From positions 65,919-129,918 of the forward strand of contig JBBRBD010000001.1 of the NCBI GenBank assembly GCA_038206135.1: 64,000 nucleotides of DNA. Reading direction: 5' to 3'. Shown in pieces: positions 51,787 to 61,573 of this stretch. Numbering within the stretch: position 1 is the first letter of the stretch; each line of letters opens with the position of its first letter. This DNA is from Patescibacteria group bacterium (GTDB taxonomy: Bacteria; Patescibacteriota; Microgenomatia; UBA8517). Under the pieces are notes generated by a model. It made no database searches and was not told the origin of the DNA. It worked only from the letters and a program-made list of their open reading frames with translations. Position numbers and translations under genes: made by a program.

Positions 51787-52632
51787 ATGGCAGAAGAAAT
51801 TATTCAGATTGCATTAGAAGAACTCCAACCCAATCCGTTGCAGCCTCGCGGAATTATTACCCCTGAAAGTTTAGTAGATCTGGTTGATTCTATTAAAGAA
51901 CATGGTGTATTAGAGCCACTTGTTATTGCTCGAACTCCTGCTGGATATCAAATTATTGCTGGAGAGCGTAGATGGCGTGCAAGTAAGCTTGCAGGCATGA
52001 GCCATGCACCTGCAATCGTTCGTGAGACTACTCCAAAAGGAATGCTTGAGATGGCTATTGTTGAAAACGTACAGAGAGTTGATTTGAATGCACTTGATAG
52101 AGCAAAAGGATTTGAACGACTAATGAATGAATTTACGCTTACAACAAGTGAAGTTGCTGTTCGTATCGGAAAGTCTGTTGCGTATGTCAGTAACTCAATG
52201 CGTCTTCTTATTCTCCCAGATGCCCTAAAGGATGGATTATTGTCTGGACTCATCACAGAAGGTCATGCACGAGCTTTGTCATCGATTGATGATCCGACCT
52301 TGATCATTGAGGCATATAAGCAGGTACTTCGAGAAAGTGCTTCAGTTCGAAGGGCAGAGGAATTAGCACGTCGAATGAAAGCAAAGAGTCAGCAAGCTGT
52401 AAAGCCAAAGACTCGAGTAGATGATATGCAAATTGTTTCTGAAGATATGGATAAGATGAAGTCTGAATTGGAAAGTAGACTACGATTCTCACCTGAAGAA
52501 GACCCTAAAAATACTGAAGTTAAGCTATCAAGAAGTAAAAGACAAACAAAAATTGTTTTTACATTTTATGGTAGTCTTGAAGATACAGACGCTAAGTTGA
52601 ATAAGATTTACCAGAGCCTCACAAAAGAGTAA
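51787..52632 (+). CDS. parB: ParB/Spo0J partitioning protein
   Basis: PNPLQPR, IAGERRWRA, ENVQRVDL, HTH, GHARAL. Confidence 0.93.
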   Translation: MAEEIIQIALEELQPNPLQPRGIITPESLVDLVDSIKEHGVLEPLVIARTPAGYQIIAGERRWRASKLAGMSHAPAIVRETTPKGMLEMAIVENVQRVDLNALDRAKGFERLMNEFTLTTSEVAVRIGKSVAYVSNSMRLLILPDALKDGLLSGLITEGHARALSSIDDPTLIIEAYKQVLRESASVRRAEELARRMKAKSQQAVKPKTRVDDMQIVSEDMDKMKSELESRLRFSPEEDPKNTEVKLSRSKRQTKIVFTFYGSLEDTDAKLNKIYQSLTKE

Positions 52633-52660
52633 TCTTCAGAAGTTTTTAATCGCTTGTAAT

Positions 52661-53212
52661 TTAATTGCCGTTTGGGTTTTTCACTATTCCGGCTTTATTA
52701 AGTGGCCAATATATGAGCCATGCTCTACCTGTAATCTTGTCTTTTCCAATAAATCCAATGTTTCTTGAATCAAGTGAGTGCTCTCTGTTGTCTCCTAATA
52801 CAAAGTACTGATCTTGAGGGACTGTAAGGACTGCACCTTCTTCTGTAAATCGACCAGCAAATGTGTGAAAATCTGATGGAATATATGCCTCTATTACTTC
52901 CTTTCCATTTACGAAAACTTTTCCATCTTTAACTGAGACAGAATCACCTGGTATGCCGATAATACGCTTAATAAATTCGTCAACGTAGTCTGGTGGAGCT
53001 TTAAAAACAATTACATCACCACGCTGTGGTGTGTGTAGCCGATAACTGATCTTGTCTGTGAGAAGATATTCTGCATCGTGGAAATTCGGTTCCATAGAGC
53101 TGCCCTTTATTTTGTGAGGCTGTAGAAGCAAAAGGTAGATGAAAAGAAAAATAGAAATCGCAAAAACTAGGGTTTGTAATATTTCAAAGAAAAACGTACC
53201 GAGTTTTTGCAT
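52661..53212 (-). CDS. lepB: Signal peptidase I
   Basis: GSSMEP, FIKRIIG, GDNREHSLDSR. Confidence 0.95.
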   Translation of the reverse strand: MQKLGTFFFEILQTLVFAISIFLFIYLLLLQPHKIKGSSMEPNFHDAEYLLTDKISYRLHTPQRGDVIVFKAPPDYVDEFIKRIIGIPGDSVSVKDGKVFVNGKEVIEAYIPSDFHTFAGRFTEEGAVLTVPQDQYFVLGDNREHSLDSRNIGFIGKDKITGRAWLIYWPLNKAGIVKNPNGN

Positions 53213-53272
53213 GATTCCCTATTGTATCGGTATGGGTCTCTAGTAGACAAGTGGTATAATCTGATACAATAT

Positions 53273-53346
53273 GGTCGCATAGCTCAGTTGGTTAGAGCGT
53301 TCGATTCACATTCGAAAGGTCCCTGGTTCGAATCCAGGTGCGACCA
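53273..53346 (+). tRNA. tRNA-Val(CAC)
   Basis: GGTCGCA/TGCGACC acceptor, anticodon loop TTCACAT, GTTCGAATC; CCA not encoded. Confidence 0.93.
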
Positions 53347-53354
53347 CACTATAT

Positions 53355-53540
53355 ATGGATACATTCATGCAATCAGCGGCTAATACTCCAGGAGGAATTG
53401 GCGATAATCGATACTTAAAAACTTCTCAGTATCAATTTGTGAAAATATTTAGAACTCTTATTGGATGGCTCGGAATTGCAGTTGGTGCTATAGTCACCCT
53501 TGTCGTTGATATCCTCAAAGGTATTGCTGGAAAAAGTTAA
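53355..53540 (+). CDS. Small membrane protein
   Basis: 61 aa with one amphipathic/TM helix directly after the tRNA. Confidence 0.55.
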   Translation: MDTFMQSAANTPGGIGDNRYLKTSQYQFVKIFRTLIGWLGIAVGAIVTLVVDILKGIAGKS

Positions 53541-53615
53541 TGACTTCAATTTGAGTACACAACTATTTTGCTCCTCACGTAATATAGTATCTAGCTGTTC
53601 ATTCAACTCCCTTCT

Positions 53616-54629
53616 ATGCAAAAAAAGATTTTATTTGTAACAAAATATTATTCCCCACATATAGGTGGTGTTGAAACACATCTATCAAAAGTTATTCAAA
53701 CGCTTACTACCGCAGGTAAATATAAAATTGATGTAGTTACTGAAAGGTATTCACCTAAATTGCCAACTCTGTCGGTAATTAACGATGCTCAAGTTCATAG
53801 AATTGATTATATCCATCTTAAATATCTTGGAATCTTATCATTGTGGTATTCATTACTGAAAAAATTAAGACTTTTTTATAATGCAGATATTATTCACATA
53901 CACGACGTATTTATATGGGTTCTTCCGTTTCGAGCTTTGTTTTTTTGGAAAAGTTTCTATATTACATTTCACGGTTGGGAAGGTGTGTACCCCATTCCAC
54001 TGAATAGTTATTTACAAAAGCAAATGGCATATAAAATGACGAAGGGAAATATCTCCATAGGCAAATACATTGAAGAAATTTATAAAGTAAAAGCAACTAA
54101 AATTTCATATGGAGGTACTGATTGCAATATTATTAAGAAAGTTTTTGAAAAACAAAGGCGAATAATATTTATTGGACGCTTAGAGGAAGATACGGGAGTA
54201 AATATTCTATTAGACGCTCTATTAACCTTAAAGAAAAAGTACATTGTCGACTTTTATGGTGATGGGAGATTGAGACAACAGTGCGAAGCAGTTGGAAAGG
54301 TGCATGGTTTTACTGCTGATATTCCAAAGATTTTAAAAGCTGCAGATATTTGCTTCTGCGGAGGATATTTAACAGCTTTAGATTCTCTAGCATCATCTGT
54401 TCAGACTTGCATAATTTCGCATACTATTGCGCGTAGAATAATTTTCAAATCGGTCCCTTTTTCCGAATTTGTCTTTTTCTGTGATACTCCAAAGGAAATA
54501 AAAACTATTTTGACTGCAGGTTCTATTGATATACAAAGCAGTAAAAGAAAACAAGGATATCTTTGGGCAAGAAAGCAGAACTGGACTCATGTCACAGATC
54601 AATATTTGAATTTGTGGAAAATAGATTAA
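53616..54629 (+). CDS. Glycosyltransferase family 4
   Basis: PHIGGVE, IHIHD, TFHG, FIGRL. Confidence 0.85.
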   Translation: MQKKILFVTKYYSPHIGGVETHLSKVIQTLTTAGKYKIDVVTERYSPKLPTLSVINDAQVHRIDYIHLKYLGILSLWYSLLKKLRLFYNADIIHIHDVFIWVLPFRALFFWKSFYITFHGWEGVYPIPLNSYLQKQMAYKMTKGNISIGKYIEEIYKVKATKISYGGTDCNIIKKVFEKQRRIIFIGRLEEDTGVNILLDALLTLKKKYIVDFYGDGRLRQQCEAVGKVHGFTADIPKILKAADICFCGGYLTALDSLASSVQTCIISHTIARRIIFKSVPFSEFVFFCDTPKEIKTILTAGSIDIQSSKRKQGYLWARKQNWTHVTDQYLNLWKID

Positions 54630-54634
54630 TTCAT

Positions 54635-55597
54635 ATGATCAAAATGTCTGTCGTAGTTACAACTTTGAATGAGCAAAATAGTATTTTGGTGCTCCTTCGT
54701 TCTCTTTTGAATCAAACACTCCATCCGTCAGAAATAATTATCGTTGACGGAGGATCGACAGATAAAACAGTAAAGTTGATTAATCAATTCAAAATGAAAC
54801 ATACGGAACTTAACATTCGGTTAATTAATGAAAAGGGGAATATTGCACATGGAAGAAATATTGGTATTCGTAATGCGAAGTCAAATATAATCGCAATGAT
54901 TGATGCCGGATGCATTGCAGATAAAAATTGGCTTAAGTTTCTCTCAAAACCATTTCTCACTGAGAAACATATTGTTGCCGCAGGTTTCTATATCATGGAT
55001 GCTGACAATTATTTTGAGAAATCTGTTTCACTCTATTTAGGAGTTACCCCGAATAAGTTTAAACGAACTAATTATTTGCCTTCCGCACGGTCAATTGCTT
55101 TTAGTAAATCAGTCTGGAAAAAACTGGGAACGTTTGAGGAAAAGCTATATCTAGCTGGAGAAGATACACTTTTTATATTTAATGCAGTTAAACATAAAAT
55201 TCCAATAATTAGATGTCCAGATGCGTTGGTTACTTGGCAAGTTCCGCAATCACTCATTCAAATATGTAAGAAGTTTTATTTTTACGCAAAGGGGGATGCC
55301 GAAACTGCAATTTGGTGGCATCCAGTGAAAAAATTTCAAACTCACAATATAAAAATTGTGACAATTTACATACGATATTTGTTTTTCATTTCGTTACTTA
55401 TTCTTTCACTTCTCGGTTTTATTAATCTAATGTTGTTCGTCTTTGTTATTTTCATTTATTTAATGTGGGCAGTGTTGAAACATAGAAGTGAAATCTCTCA
55501 TGTTTTAATGATAATTTATATACCATTAATTCAAGTTCTTTCTGATATTTGCGTAATGTTAGGGTTTACTTCTGGGATATTCCATAGCTCAACCTAA
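54635..55597 (+). CDS. Glycosyltransferase family 2 with C-terminal TMs
   Basis: TTLNE, VDGGSTD, GRN, IDAG, GED. Confidence 0.88.
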   Translation: MIKMSVVVTTLNEQNSILVLLRSLLNQTLHPSEIIIVDGGSTDKTVKLINQFKMKHTELNIRLINEKGNIAHGRNIGIRNAKSNIIAMIDAGCIADKNWLKFLSKPFLTEKHIVAAGFYIMDADNYFEKSVSLYLGVTPNKFKRTNYLPSARSIAFSKSVWKKLGTFEEKLYLAGEDTLFIFNAVKHKIPIIRCPDALVTWQVPQSLIQICKKFYFYAKGDAETAIWWHPVKKFQTHNIKIVTIYIRYLFFISLLILSLLGFINLMLFVFVIFIYLMWAVLKHRSEISHVLMIIYIPLIQVLSDICVMLGFTSGIFHSST

Positions 55598-55614
55598 AAA
55601 TCTATAATAGAAAC

Positions 55615-56862
55615 ATGAGTTATCTAAAGGATTCTGTGCGTGGCGTTTTTTGGATAGGTTCATTTCGGGGGATTACTCGAGCAATGTCTTTATTGAAGAC
55701 AATCCTTTTAGCGAGACTTCTGTCACCCGCTCAATTTGGAATATTTGGAGTAGTTGCTTTAACAATGTCGCTTTTAGAGGTTTTCACTGAAACTGGCATA
55801 AATATTGTTTTGGTTCAACAAAAAGGAAAAGTTCATGAATTCATAGATAGCGCTTGGGTAGTGTCTATCTTTAGAGGGTTTTCAATTGCAGCTGTAATGA
55901 TTTTTTTTAGTGGACCTGTATCCATTTTTTTTAACATACCAGAGAGTGCGCATCTTATCGTGCTTTGTGCAATAATTCCGATTCTTCGAGGTTTCATTAA
56001 TCCATCTGAGGTAAATTTTCAAAAGGATTTATTATTTAAGGAAGAGTTTTTATTTAGAACTAGTATCTTTGCAGTCGATGCAACAATATCGATCGTTTTA
56101 GCGCTCATATATCGCACTCCAGATAGTCTCGTTTGGGGCCTCATGGCGGGTGCATTTTGTGAGCTAGTTCTCTCACACATTCTTTTAAAACCAAGACCGA
56201 AATTCCACTTTCACAAAAAGACAGCAGCCTTTATTGTTAACAGAGGAAAATGGCTTACCTTTAGTGGCATTCTAGATTACTTAATTCAAAATGGTGACAA
56301 TATTGTTGTTGGTCGTTTACTTGGTGCAACACCCTTAGGTTTGTATCAGATGTCCTACCAAATATCTACACTTCCTGTAACTGAGATAAGTAACATATTA
56401 TCGAAAGTTGCGTTTCCAATATTCGTAAAAATCTCTGACAATAAAAGAAACCTTATAAAAGCTTACTTCAAAACACTAGGTGTTGTTGTTATTCTTTCAG
56501 GTGCACTTTCTCTTGTATTGTTTATTTTTACAACTCCTCTTGTGAATCTCATATTGGGTGACAAATGGTTATCAATAATACCAACACTTAAGGTCTTAGC
56601 AGTTTTTGCATTTACAAAATCTATTGTATTGTCTTCTTATTCATTTTTGCTTTCGATAGAACGGCAGGAAGCTATTAGTATTATTCCTTTTGTTGGTTTT
56701 GTTGCAATGTTTTCTTGCATAGTTCCTCTTGTAAATATGTATGGAATGTCAGGAGCCGCTGTTTCTGCTTTAATTGGAGCAATATGTTCTCTAGCTGCAG
56801 CTTTTTACTTTATATCTAAGGAATCGAGGAATCTAGCGGTCTTTAATCCTTCTGAAGAATGA
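55615..56862 (+). CDS. Wzx-type polysaccharide flippase
   Basis: LARLLSPAQFG, DNIVVGRLLG..LGLY, GDKW. Confidence 0.88.
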   Translation: MSYLKDSVRGVFWIGSFRGITRAMSLLKTILLARLLSPAQFGIFGVVALTMSLLEVFTETGINIVLVQQKGKVHEFIDSAWVVSIFRGFSIAAVMIFFSGPVSIFFNIPESAHLIVLCAIIPILRGFINPSEVNFQKDLLFKEEFLFRTSIFAVDATISIVLALIYRTPDSLVWGLMAGAFCELVLSHILLKPRPKFHFHKKTAAFIVNRGKWLTFSGILDYLIQNGDNIVVGRLLGATPLGLYQMSYQISTLPVTEISNILSKVAFPIFVKISDNKRNLIKAYFKTLGVVVILSGALSLVLFIFTTPLVNLILGDKWLSIIPTLKVLAVFAFTKSIVLSSYSFLLSIERQEAISIIPFVGFVAMFSCIVPLVNMYGMSGAAVSALIGAICSLAAAFYFISKESRNLAVFNPSEE

Positions 56863-57629
56863 AAACCCTTCCAATTACGGCAATAATACTCACAAAAAAT
56901 GAGCAAAGATTCGTTTATAACTGCTTAAAATCTGTTTCATTCTGTAATGAAATAATTATTATTGATGATAATTCTACAGATAAGACCACCTATATCGCAA
57001 AAAAATTAGGTGCAGAAGTTTTTAAACGAGATTTAAACGGGGATTTTGCAAGTCAAAGAAACTACGGTTTAAAAAAAGCAAGAAACAATTGGGTTTTGTT
57101 TCTTGATGCTGATGAAGAAGTTTCAAAACCTCTTGCCTACGAAATTCTAAATTTATTTAGTTCAGATACATTAGAATCAGGCTATTTCTTACGAAGAGTA
57201 GATATTCTTTGGAATAAGAAAATTTCGCACGGGGAATTGGGAACATACGGCAAATTTGGTAACGGATATCTATTACGATTAGCTCGAAAAGATGCTGGAA
57301 ACTGGGAACGTAAAATTCACGAAAAATGGATCGTGAAAGGAATTACAACTAAACTGAAAAGTGAATTGTTACATTTTCCACACGAAACATACGATGAGTT
57401 TCTGAAGGATGTCTCAGATAGAGCAAAGATTCACGCGATTGAATTGAAAAAAGAGCACAAACATTCCAATGTATTTAAAATTATAGTGTGGCCGATTGGT
57501 AAGTTTTTATATAATTTTCTTTTTAAAGCGGGCTTTTTGGATGGTATTCAGGGATTTGTTTTAGCAATGACAATGAGTTTACATTCATTTATCGCATGGA
57601 CCTATTTATGGATATTACAAAAAGAATAA
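56859..57629 (+). CDS. Glycosyltransferase family 2
   Basis: TKNE, DFASQRN, LDADEE, IHE, GFLDG; paralogue of 9012..9758. Confidence 0.9.
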   Translation: MKTLPITAIILTKNEQRFVYNCLKSVSFCNEIIIIDDNSTDKTTYIAKKLGAEVFKRDLNGDFASQRNYGLKKARNNWVLFLDADEEVSKPLAYEILNLFSSDTLESGYFLRRVDILWNKKISHGELGTYGKFGNGYLLRLARKDAGNWERKIHEKWIVKGITTKLKSELLHFPHETYDEFLKDVSDRAKIHAIELKKEHKHSNVFKIIVWPIGKFLYNFLFKAGFLDGIQGFVLAMTMSLHSFIAWTYLWILQKE

Positions 57630-58792
57630 AGATAAAAAAGCTAATTTTAGTTCTATATATGGGACTATTTCCATTTGGACAGGTTCCAATGTTGCTTTTA
57701 AACTTTCTTTTACACAACAGTTTTTCTCTTCATCCAACAGACTTCTTGATTTTTCTTTATGTAGTAATAACACTCGTATCCACCCCAAAACTTCTAAATA
57801 TTTTTTTGCGCACTTACATTTTTAAAATGCTTTGTGTTTTAACTTTCAGTTTTTTGGTAGGAGTCTTTGTATTCAACTTGTTTAGTATCACCGGGGTCTT
57901 ATATTTATTAAGACTAACTTTCTACTTTTTGTTCGCATTTTTACTTTGGACTGAGCGGCCATTCAGCAAACAAGAACTGCGTTACTTTTTGATTATTACA
58001 GCGCTATTCATTAGTCTCATTGGACTATTCCAATATTTTTTTGTGCCTGATACACGCTTTTTAAAAATCCTTGGATGGGATGATCACTATTATCGATTAA
58101 TCTCTACATTTTTAGACCCTGCATATACTGCAATTTTATTGGTCTTTTCAATTTTATATGTTTTGTTTGGCTTGAAAACTAAAAAGATAATCTTAAAATA
58201 TATCATCCTTACGCCTTTAATCGCATCTTTGTTATTAACATATTCACGTTCTGGATACTTAGCTTTTGGTGTGGGAATCTTTATCTTTGTTTTATACAAG
58301 CGCGGTGCATTTATAAAACATATGATTCTTATTGCATTCTTTTTAGCAATGTTTGGAATTCTTCCCAAACAGAGTGGAGGAGAAGGTGTAAATTTAACGC
58401 GGACAGCATCCATATTTTTTAAAGCTGAAAATATAAAACAAACATTTCAAATTTGGGAGAAAAGCCCTGTTTTTGGAGTAGGTTATGACAATATTTGTAA
58501 AGCAAGAAATAGTATCATTGCTCTTGATATGAGAACAGAAATATATTCGCATTCTTGCTCGGGTGCTGATAATAGTATTTTATTTGTACTAGCGACAGGA
58601 GGTATTGCTAGTTTACTCAGTATTTCGATCGGAGTGGTATCCGCTTATAAAAAAATACACACACCGCTTTTCCTGTCTGTTTTAATGGCACTATTTGTGC
58701 ATACTCAGTTTACAAACACATTGTTTTACCCATGGGTTTTTGTTTGGCTGTTATTTCTGGGGCTTGAACAAACAACTAAGGATTATATGTGA
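57596..58792 (+). CDS. O-antigen ligase family protein
   Basis: RLISTFLDP, LTYSRS, PVFGVG, multi-TM. Confidence 0.8.
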   Translation: MDLFMDITKRIKIKKLILVLYMGLFPFGQVPMLLLNFLLHNSFSLHPTDFLIFLYVVITLVSTPKLLNIFLRTYIFKMLCVLTFSFLVGVFVFNLFSITGVLYLLRLTFYFLFAFLLWTERPFSKQELRYFLIITALFISLIGLFQYFFVPDTRFLKILGWDDHYYRLISTFLDPAYTAILLVFSILYVLFGLKTKKIILKYIILTPLIASLLLTYSRSGYLAFGVGIFIFVLYKRGAFIKHMILIAFFLAMFGILPKQSGGEGVNLTRTASIFFKAENIKQTFQIWEKSPVFGVGYDNICKARNSIIALDMRTEIYSHSCSGADNSILFVLATGGIASLLSISIGVVSAYKKIHTPLFLSVLMALFVHTQFTNTLFYPWVFVWLLFLGLEQTTKDYM

Positions 58793-59477
58793 TATGTCTT
58801 TGATCTTGTGTTGTGTTTCCTGCTCTATCTGTCGCAATAACAGTAAATTCGTTGTCTCCGTCATTTAAGGTAAATTGAATGCTAAATTGACCATTTCCGC
58901 TCACAATTGCTATCCGATCATTTATTCGAACAGTCGAATCTTGATCAGTTGTACCTTCAATTGAAACAGATTGTTCTTTTTTTCCGTTCTTAATAGAATT
59001 ATCCTCAGGTGCTGATATCGAAAGTGTCGGCGCTGTTGTGTCGAGTGTAACCACAGCAGAAACTTCTTGGCTTGTATTTCCTTGTAAATCAACCACTTGA
59101 GCTTTCATATTATTTTCTCCTTCGTTCAGTGAAAATGCAGTTGCCCAGACTCCTTGCGCGTTTGAGACAATATCTTGTTTTTGACCATTTAAAGTAAGTC
59201 GTACAGTCAGACCAGATGGAGCAGCTCCTTGTATAGTAATAATTTTTTGGTTTGTGATTTCAGGAAGGGAGTTTATTTGAGCTGGTGCAACAAGTGAAGA
59301 ATTACTTTGTTGTTGAACATCCTTGGTGCTCGTGATTAATCCAGTGACACTGGTCACAATTTGAGTACCGAATCGTGTTAGACCGAAGAGAATAGCCGCA
59401 GTGAGCACTATATAAAGAAGGGCAGACCGAAGTGCCTGTCTTCGCTCATACTTTACCAGTCGTGAGGAAGCCGCCAT
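58776..59477 (-). CDS. Membrane-anchored protein with two bacterial Ig-like domains
   Basis: Repeated L.EG.N...D..GN motifs, DTTAP linker. Confidence 0.75.
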   Translation of the reverse strand: MAASSRLVKYERRQALRSALLYIVLTAAILFGLTRFGTQIVTSVTGLITSTKDVQQQSNSSLVAPAQINSLPEITNQKIITIQGAAPSGLTVRLTLNGQKQDIVSNAQGVWATAFSLNEGENNMKAQVVDLQGNTSQEVSAVVTLDTTAPTLSISAPEDNSIKNGKKEQSVSIEGTTDQDSTVRINDRIAIVSGNGQFSIQFTLNDGDNEFTVIATDRAGNTTQDQRHITYNP

Positions 59478-59514
59478 ATTTAAAATAGTATAACAAATCT
59501 AAATGAGTTACGTG

Positions 59515-59586
59515 AGCCGACGGGTGGAATTGAACCACCGACCTCTGCTTTACGAAAGCACTGCTCTACCCCTGAGCTACGTCGGC
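59515..59586 (-). tRNA. tRNA-Thr(CGT)
   Basis: GCCGACG/CGTCGGC acceptor, loop TTCGTAA, GTTCAATTC. Confidence 0.92.
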
Positions 59587-59653
59587 AAGTGATGCATATT
59601 ATATCAAAATTTTTCCTCTTGACATCCATATCACAAAAAAGTCATATTTAATT

Positions 59654-60196
59654 ATGACATTAAAGAAAAAGACAACTTCTTCAAAGACTGTGAAGACTAT
59701 GCCCAAAGCTAAAATTGTAAAAAACAACAATTCTCTATTCATGCTTGCACTTGCATGTGGAGTATTAGTAGCTTCGTATACTGTATTTCATCGAGTCTCT
59801 AATGTGTACCCTGCTATGAACCCCGCAACTATGCCATCTCAAAATGTTGAAATGGGAATGATGGAAGGTAATACATTAACGCTTCAACTTAACGAGCAAA
59901 ACAATTCAGGTGAATATGGAAATGCTGTATTGACTGAGGAAAATGGAAAAACAAAAGTACACATAGACATTAAAGGTGCTCCAAAAGGTATTTCTCAACC
60001 TGCACATATTCACGTTGGATCGTGTATTGCACTTGGTGATGTTAAATATCCTCTTACAAATGTTGTGAATGGAACTTCTGATACTGTTTTGAATATTAGT
60101 CTTCAGGACATGGAAAAAGAAGGTTCTTTAGCACTTAATGTTCACAAATCTGTGCCTCTTGTAAAGCAGTACGTTTCTTGCGGTAACGTAGAATAA
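59654..60196 (+). CDS. Membrane-anchored CHRD / Cu-Zn-SOD-like domain protein
   Basis: QPAHIHVGSC, NVHKS, SCG. Confidence 0.65.
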   Translation: MTLKKKTTSSKTVKTMPKAKIVKNNNSLFMLALACGVLVASYTVFHRVSNVYPAMNPATMPSQNVEMGMMEGNTLTLQLNEQNNSGEYGNAVLTEENGKTKVHIDIKGAPKGISQPAHIHVGSCIALGDVKYPLTNVVNGTSDTVLNISLQDMEKEGSLALNVHKSVPLVKQYVSCGNVE

Positions 60197-60259
60197 AAAG
60201 CTGTTAACTTCATATTTTCAATAAAGCCATCACTACGATATAATGTCTTGTTTGCTTAT

Positions 60260-60330
60260 GCGGGTATGGTGAAGTGGTATCACGAATCCTTCCCAAGGAT
60301 TAGTTGCGAATTCGATTTTCGCTACCCGCT
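60260..60330 (+). tRNA. tRNA-Gly(CCC)
   Basis: GCGGGTA/TACCCGC acceptor, AATCC-TTCCCAA-GGATT anticodon arm, U73. Confidence 0.9.
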
Positions 60331-60347
60331 CAGATCTTTTCAATCTT

Positions 60348-61013
60348 CTATCGAGGTATTTGAAGTACGTTTCCTGCATGTATCACTCCAGGATGTGAAA
60401 GCTTGTTAGCTTGTGCAATTTTAGTCCACTTATATCCATTGCCATATGCTTTTACTGCAATCTCCCAAAGGTTATCGCCATGAACTACTGTGTACGAGTC
60501 TCCTTCAATTTGAGCTGTTTTGTCAGTTCCACTTATTGCGATACCACCTTTTGTCGTTGGTGCAATAGATTCCATTGGTGTTGCTGTCACTTCACTAGTT
60601 GGTGTCTCTGTGACCATGGCAACAGGAGATGCTGAGGTTGTAGCTTCTGCAACTGCTTCAACAGTCATCGTCTTGGCACTCACCTCAGGGATTGTAAGAA
60701 CTTGTCCCTTTGTAATAATGGATGCGTCACTTAATTTATTTGCCTTTTGAATATCTACCCAGTTGTAACCAGATTTATAGTATTTTTCTGCAATAGACCA
60801 AAGTGTTTCACCTGATTGTACAGTGTGGCTTGCTGGAAGTTTGATTGCTGTTTGTTCGGTTGATGAACCTCCTGCTGGAAGTGTAGTACCAGCGTCTTCT
60901 ATATTTCTAAAGTAATTTATGACAAGAAAACCTACGATGACAATAACGGCAGCGCCTAAGAGCATGCTGATATTGTTTTCATTTAGTTTGAAACTTTTCA
61001 ATATATTCTTCAT
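60348..61013 (-). CDS. Membrane-anchored double-LysM protein
   Basis: HTVQSGETLWSIA and YTVVHGDNLWEIA, T/P/A-rich linker. Confidence 0.9.
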   Translation of the reverse strand: MKNILKSFKLNENNISMLLGAAVIVIVGFLVINYFRNIEDAGTTLPAGGSSTEQTAIKLPASHTVQSGETLWSIAEKYYKSGYNWVDIQKANKLSDASIITKGQVLTIPEVSAKTMTVEAVAEATTSASPVAMVTETPTSEVTATPMESIAPTTKGGIAISGTDKTAQIEGDSYTVVHGDNLWEIAVKAYGNGYKWTKIAQANKLSHPGVIHAGNVLQIPR

Positions 61014-61072
61014 GTTTAATCAAATAAACTGTCTGCTTTGATACGCAAAACAACAGTTTTACAGTTGCCCTG

Positions 61073-61101
61073 AATGTAAAGCAGGTGAAGTCTCTTGTCA
61101 A
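61073..61101 (-). promoter_or_regulatory. Promoter of the LysM gene
   Basis: TTGACA-17 bp-TACATT on the - strand. Confidence 0.65.
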
Positions 61102-61120
61102 GAGGGGAGAAGAAAATTAC

Positions 61121-61159
61121 AAAAAAAGTTGGGTACACATAAAATACATGTGTACCCAA
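61121..61159 (-). terminator. Intrinsic terminator
   Basis: 12-bp stem TTGGGTACACAT/ATGTGTACCCAA followed by CTTTTTTT on the - strand. Confidence 0.8.
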
Positions 61160-61364
61160 TTGGTGGTGAGCCTGCCACACAGGACCTGCGTGTTTTCTGT
61201 GTTGTGCTCTGCAGATTGGGTTACGACCAGCACTAGTAAGTCACTTGGAACCTTATCCTTACGCAGTCGGGAAGTAGTGACTTTAGCTGTCCAGCATCAG
61301 TTTGTTGAGCTTTCCGTTTAACTACACAGAAGGACAGAAACTGGCCATATCTCCATCTCAAACT
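61158..61364 (-). ncRNA. About 205-nt rod-shaped ncRNA, probably 6S RNA
   Basis: Own promoter and terminator; nested stems TTCTGTGT/ACACAGAA, GCTC/GAGC, AAGTCACT/AGTGACTT with an internal bubble. Confidence 0.55.
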
Positions 61365-61369
61365 GGGTA

Positions 61370-61398
61370 ATTCTAACTCAATGAAATTCATCTTTCAA
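61370..61398 (-). promoter_or_regulatory. Promoter of the 6S-like RNA
   Basis: TTGAAA-17 bp-TAGAAT on the - strand. Confidence 0.65.
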
Positions 61399-61573
61399 GA
61401 ATAAAAAGGTGTTTCTCAATGGATTTTTAAGACAATTCAAAAAGCTCATTGGCATTTTTGTCAAAATGCAGCGAGTTATAACATGGCGTACTGCCCACCT
61501 TATAGCGGAGATATCAAATTCGTATGAATATTATTTTCTGTTAACTGAAGTCAATGAAGAATATATTCTTCTG

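Noticed and set aside
51787-52632. parB without adjacent parA or a parS site
   Set aside because: No convincing parS palindrome seen nearby; a separated parA is not unusual.
61085-61321. 78-aa + strand ORF
   Set aside because: Antisense to the 6S-like RNA and crosses its terminator; no recognisable motifs.
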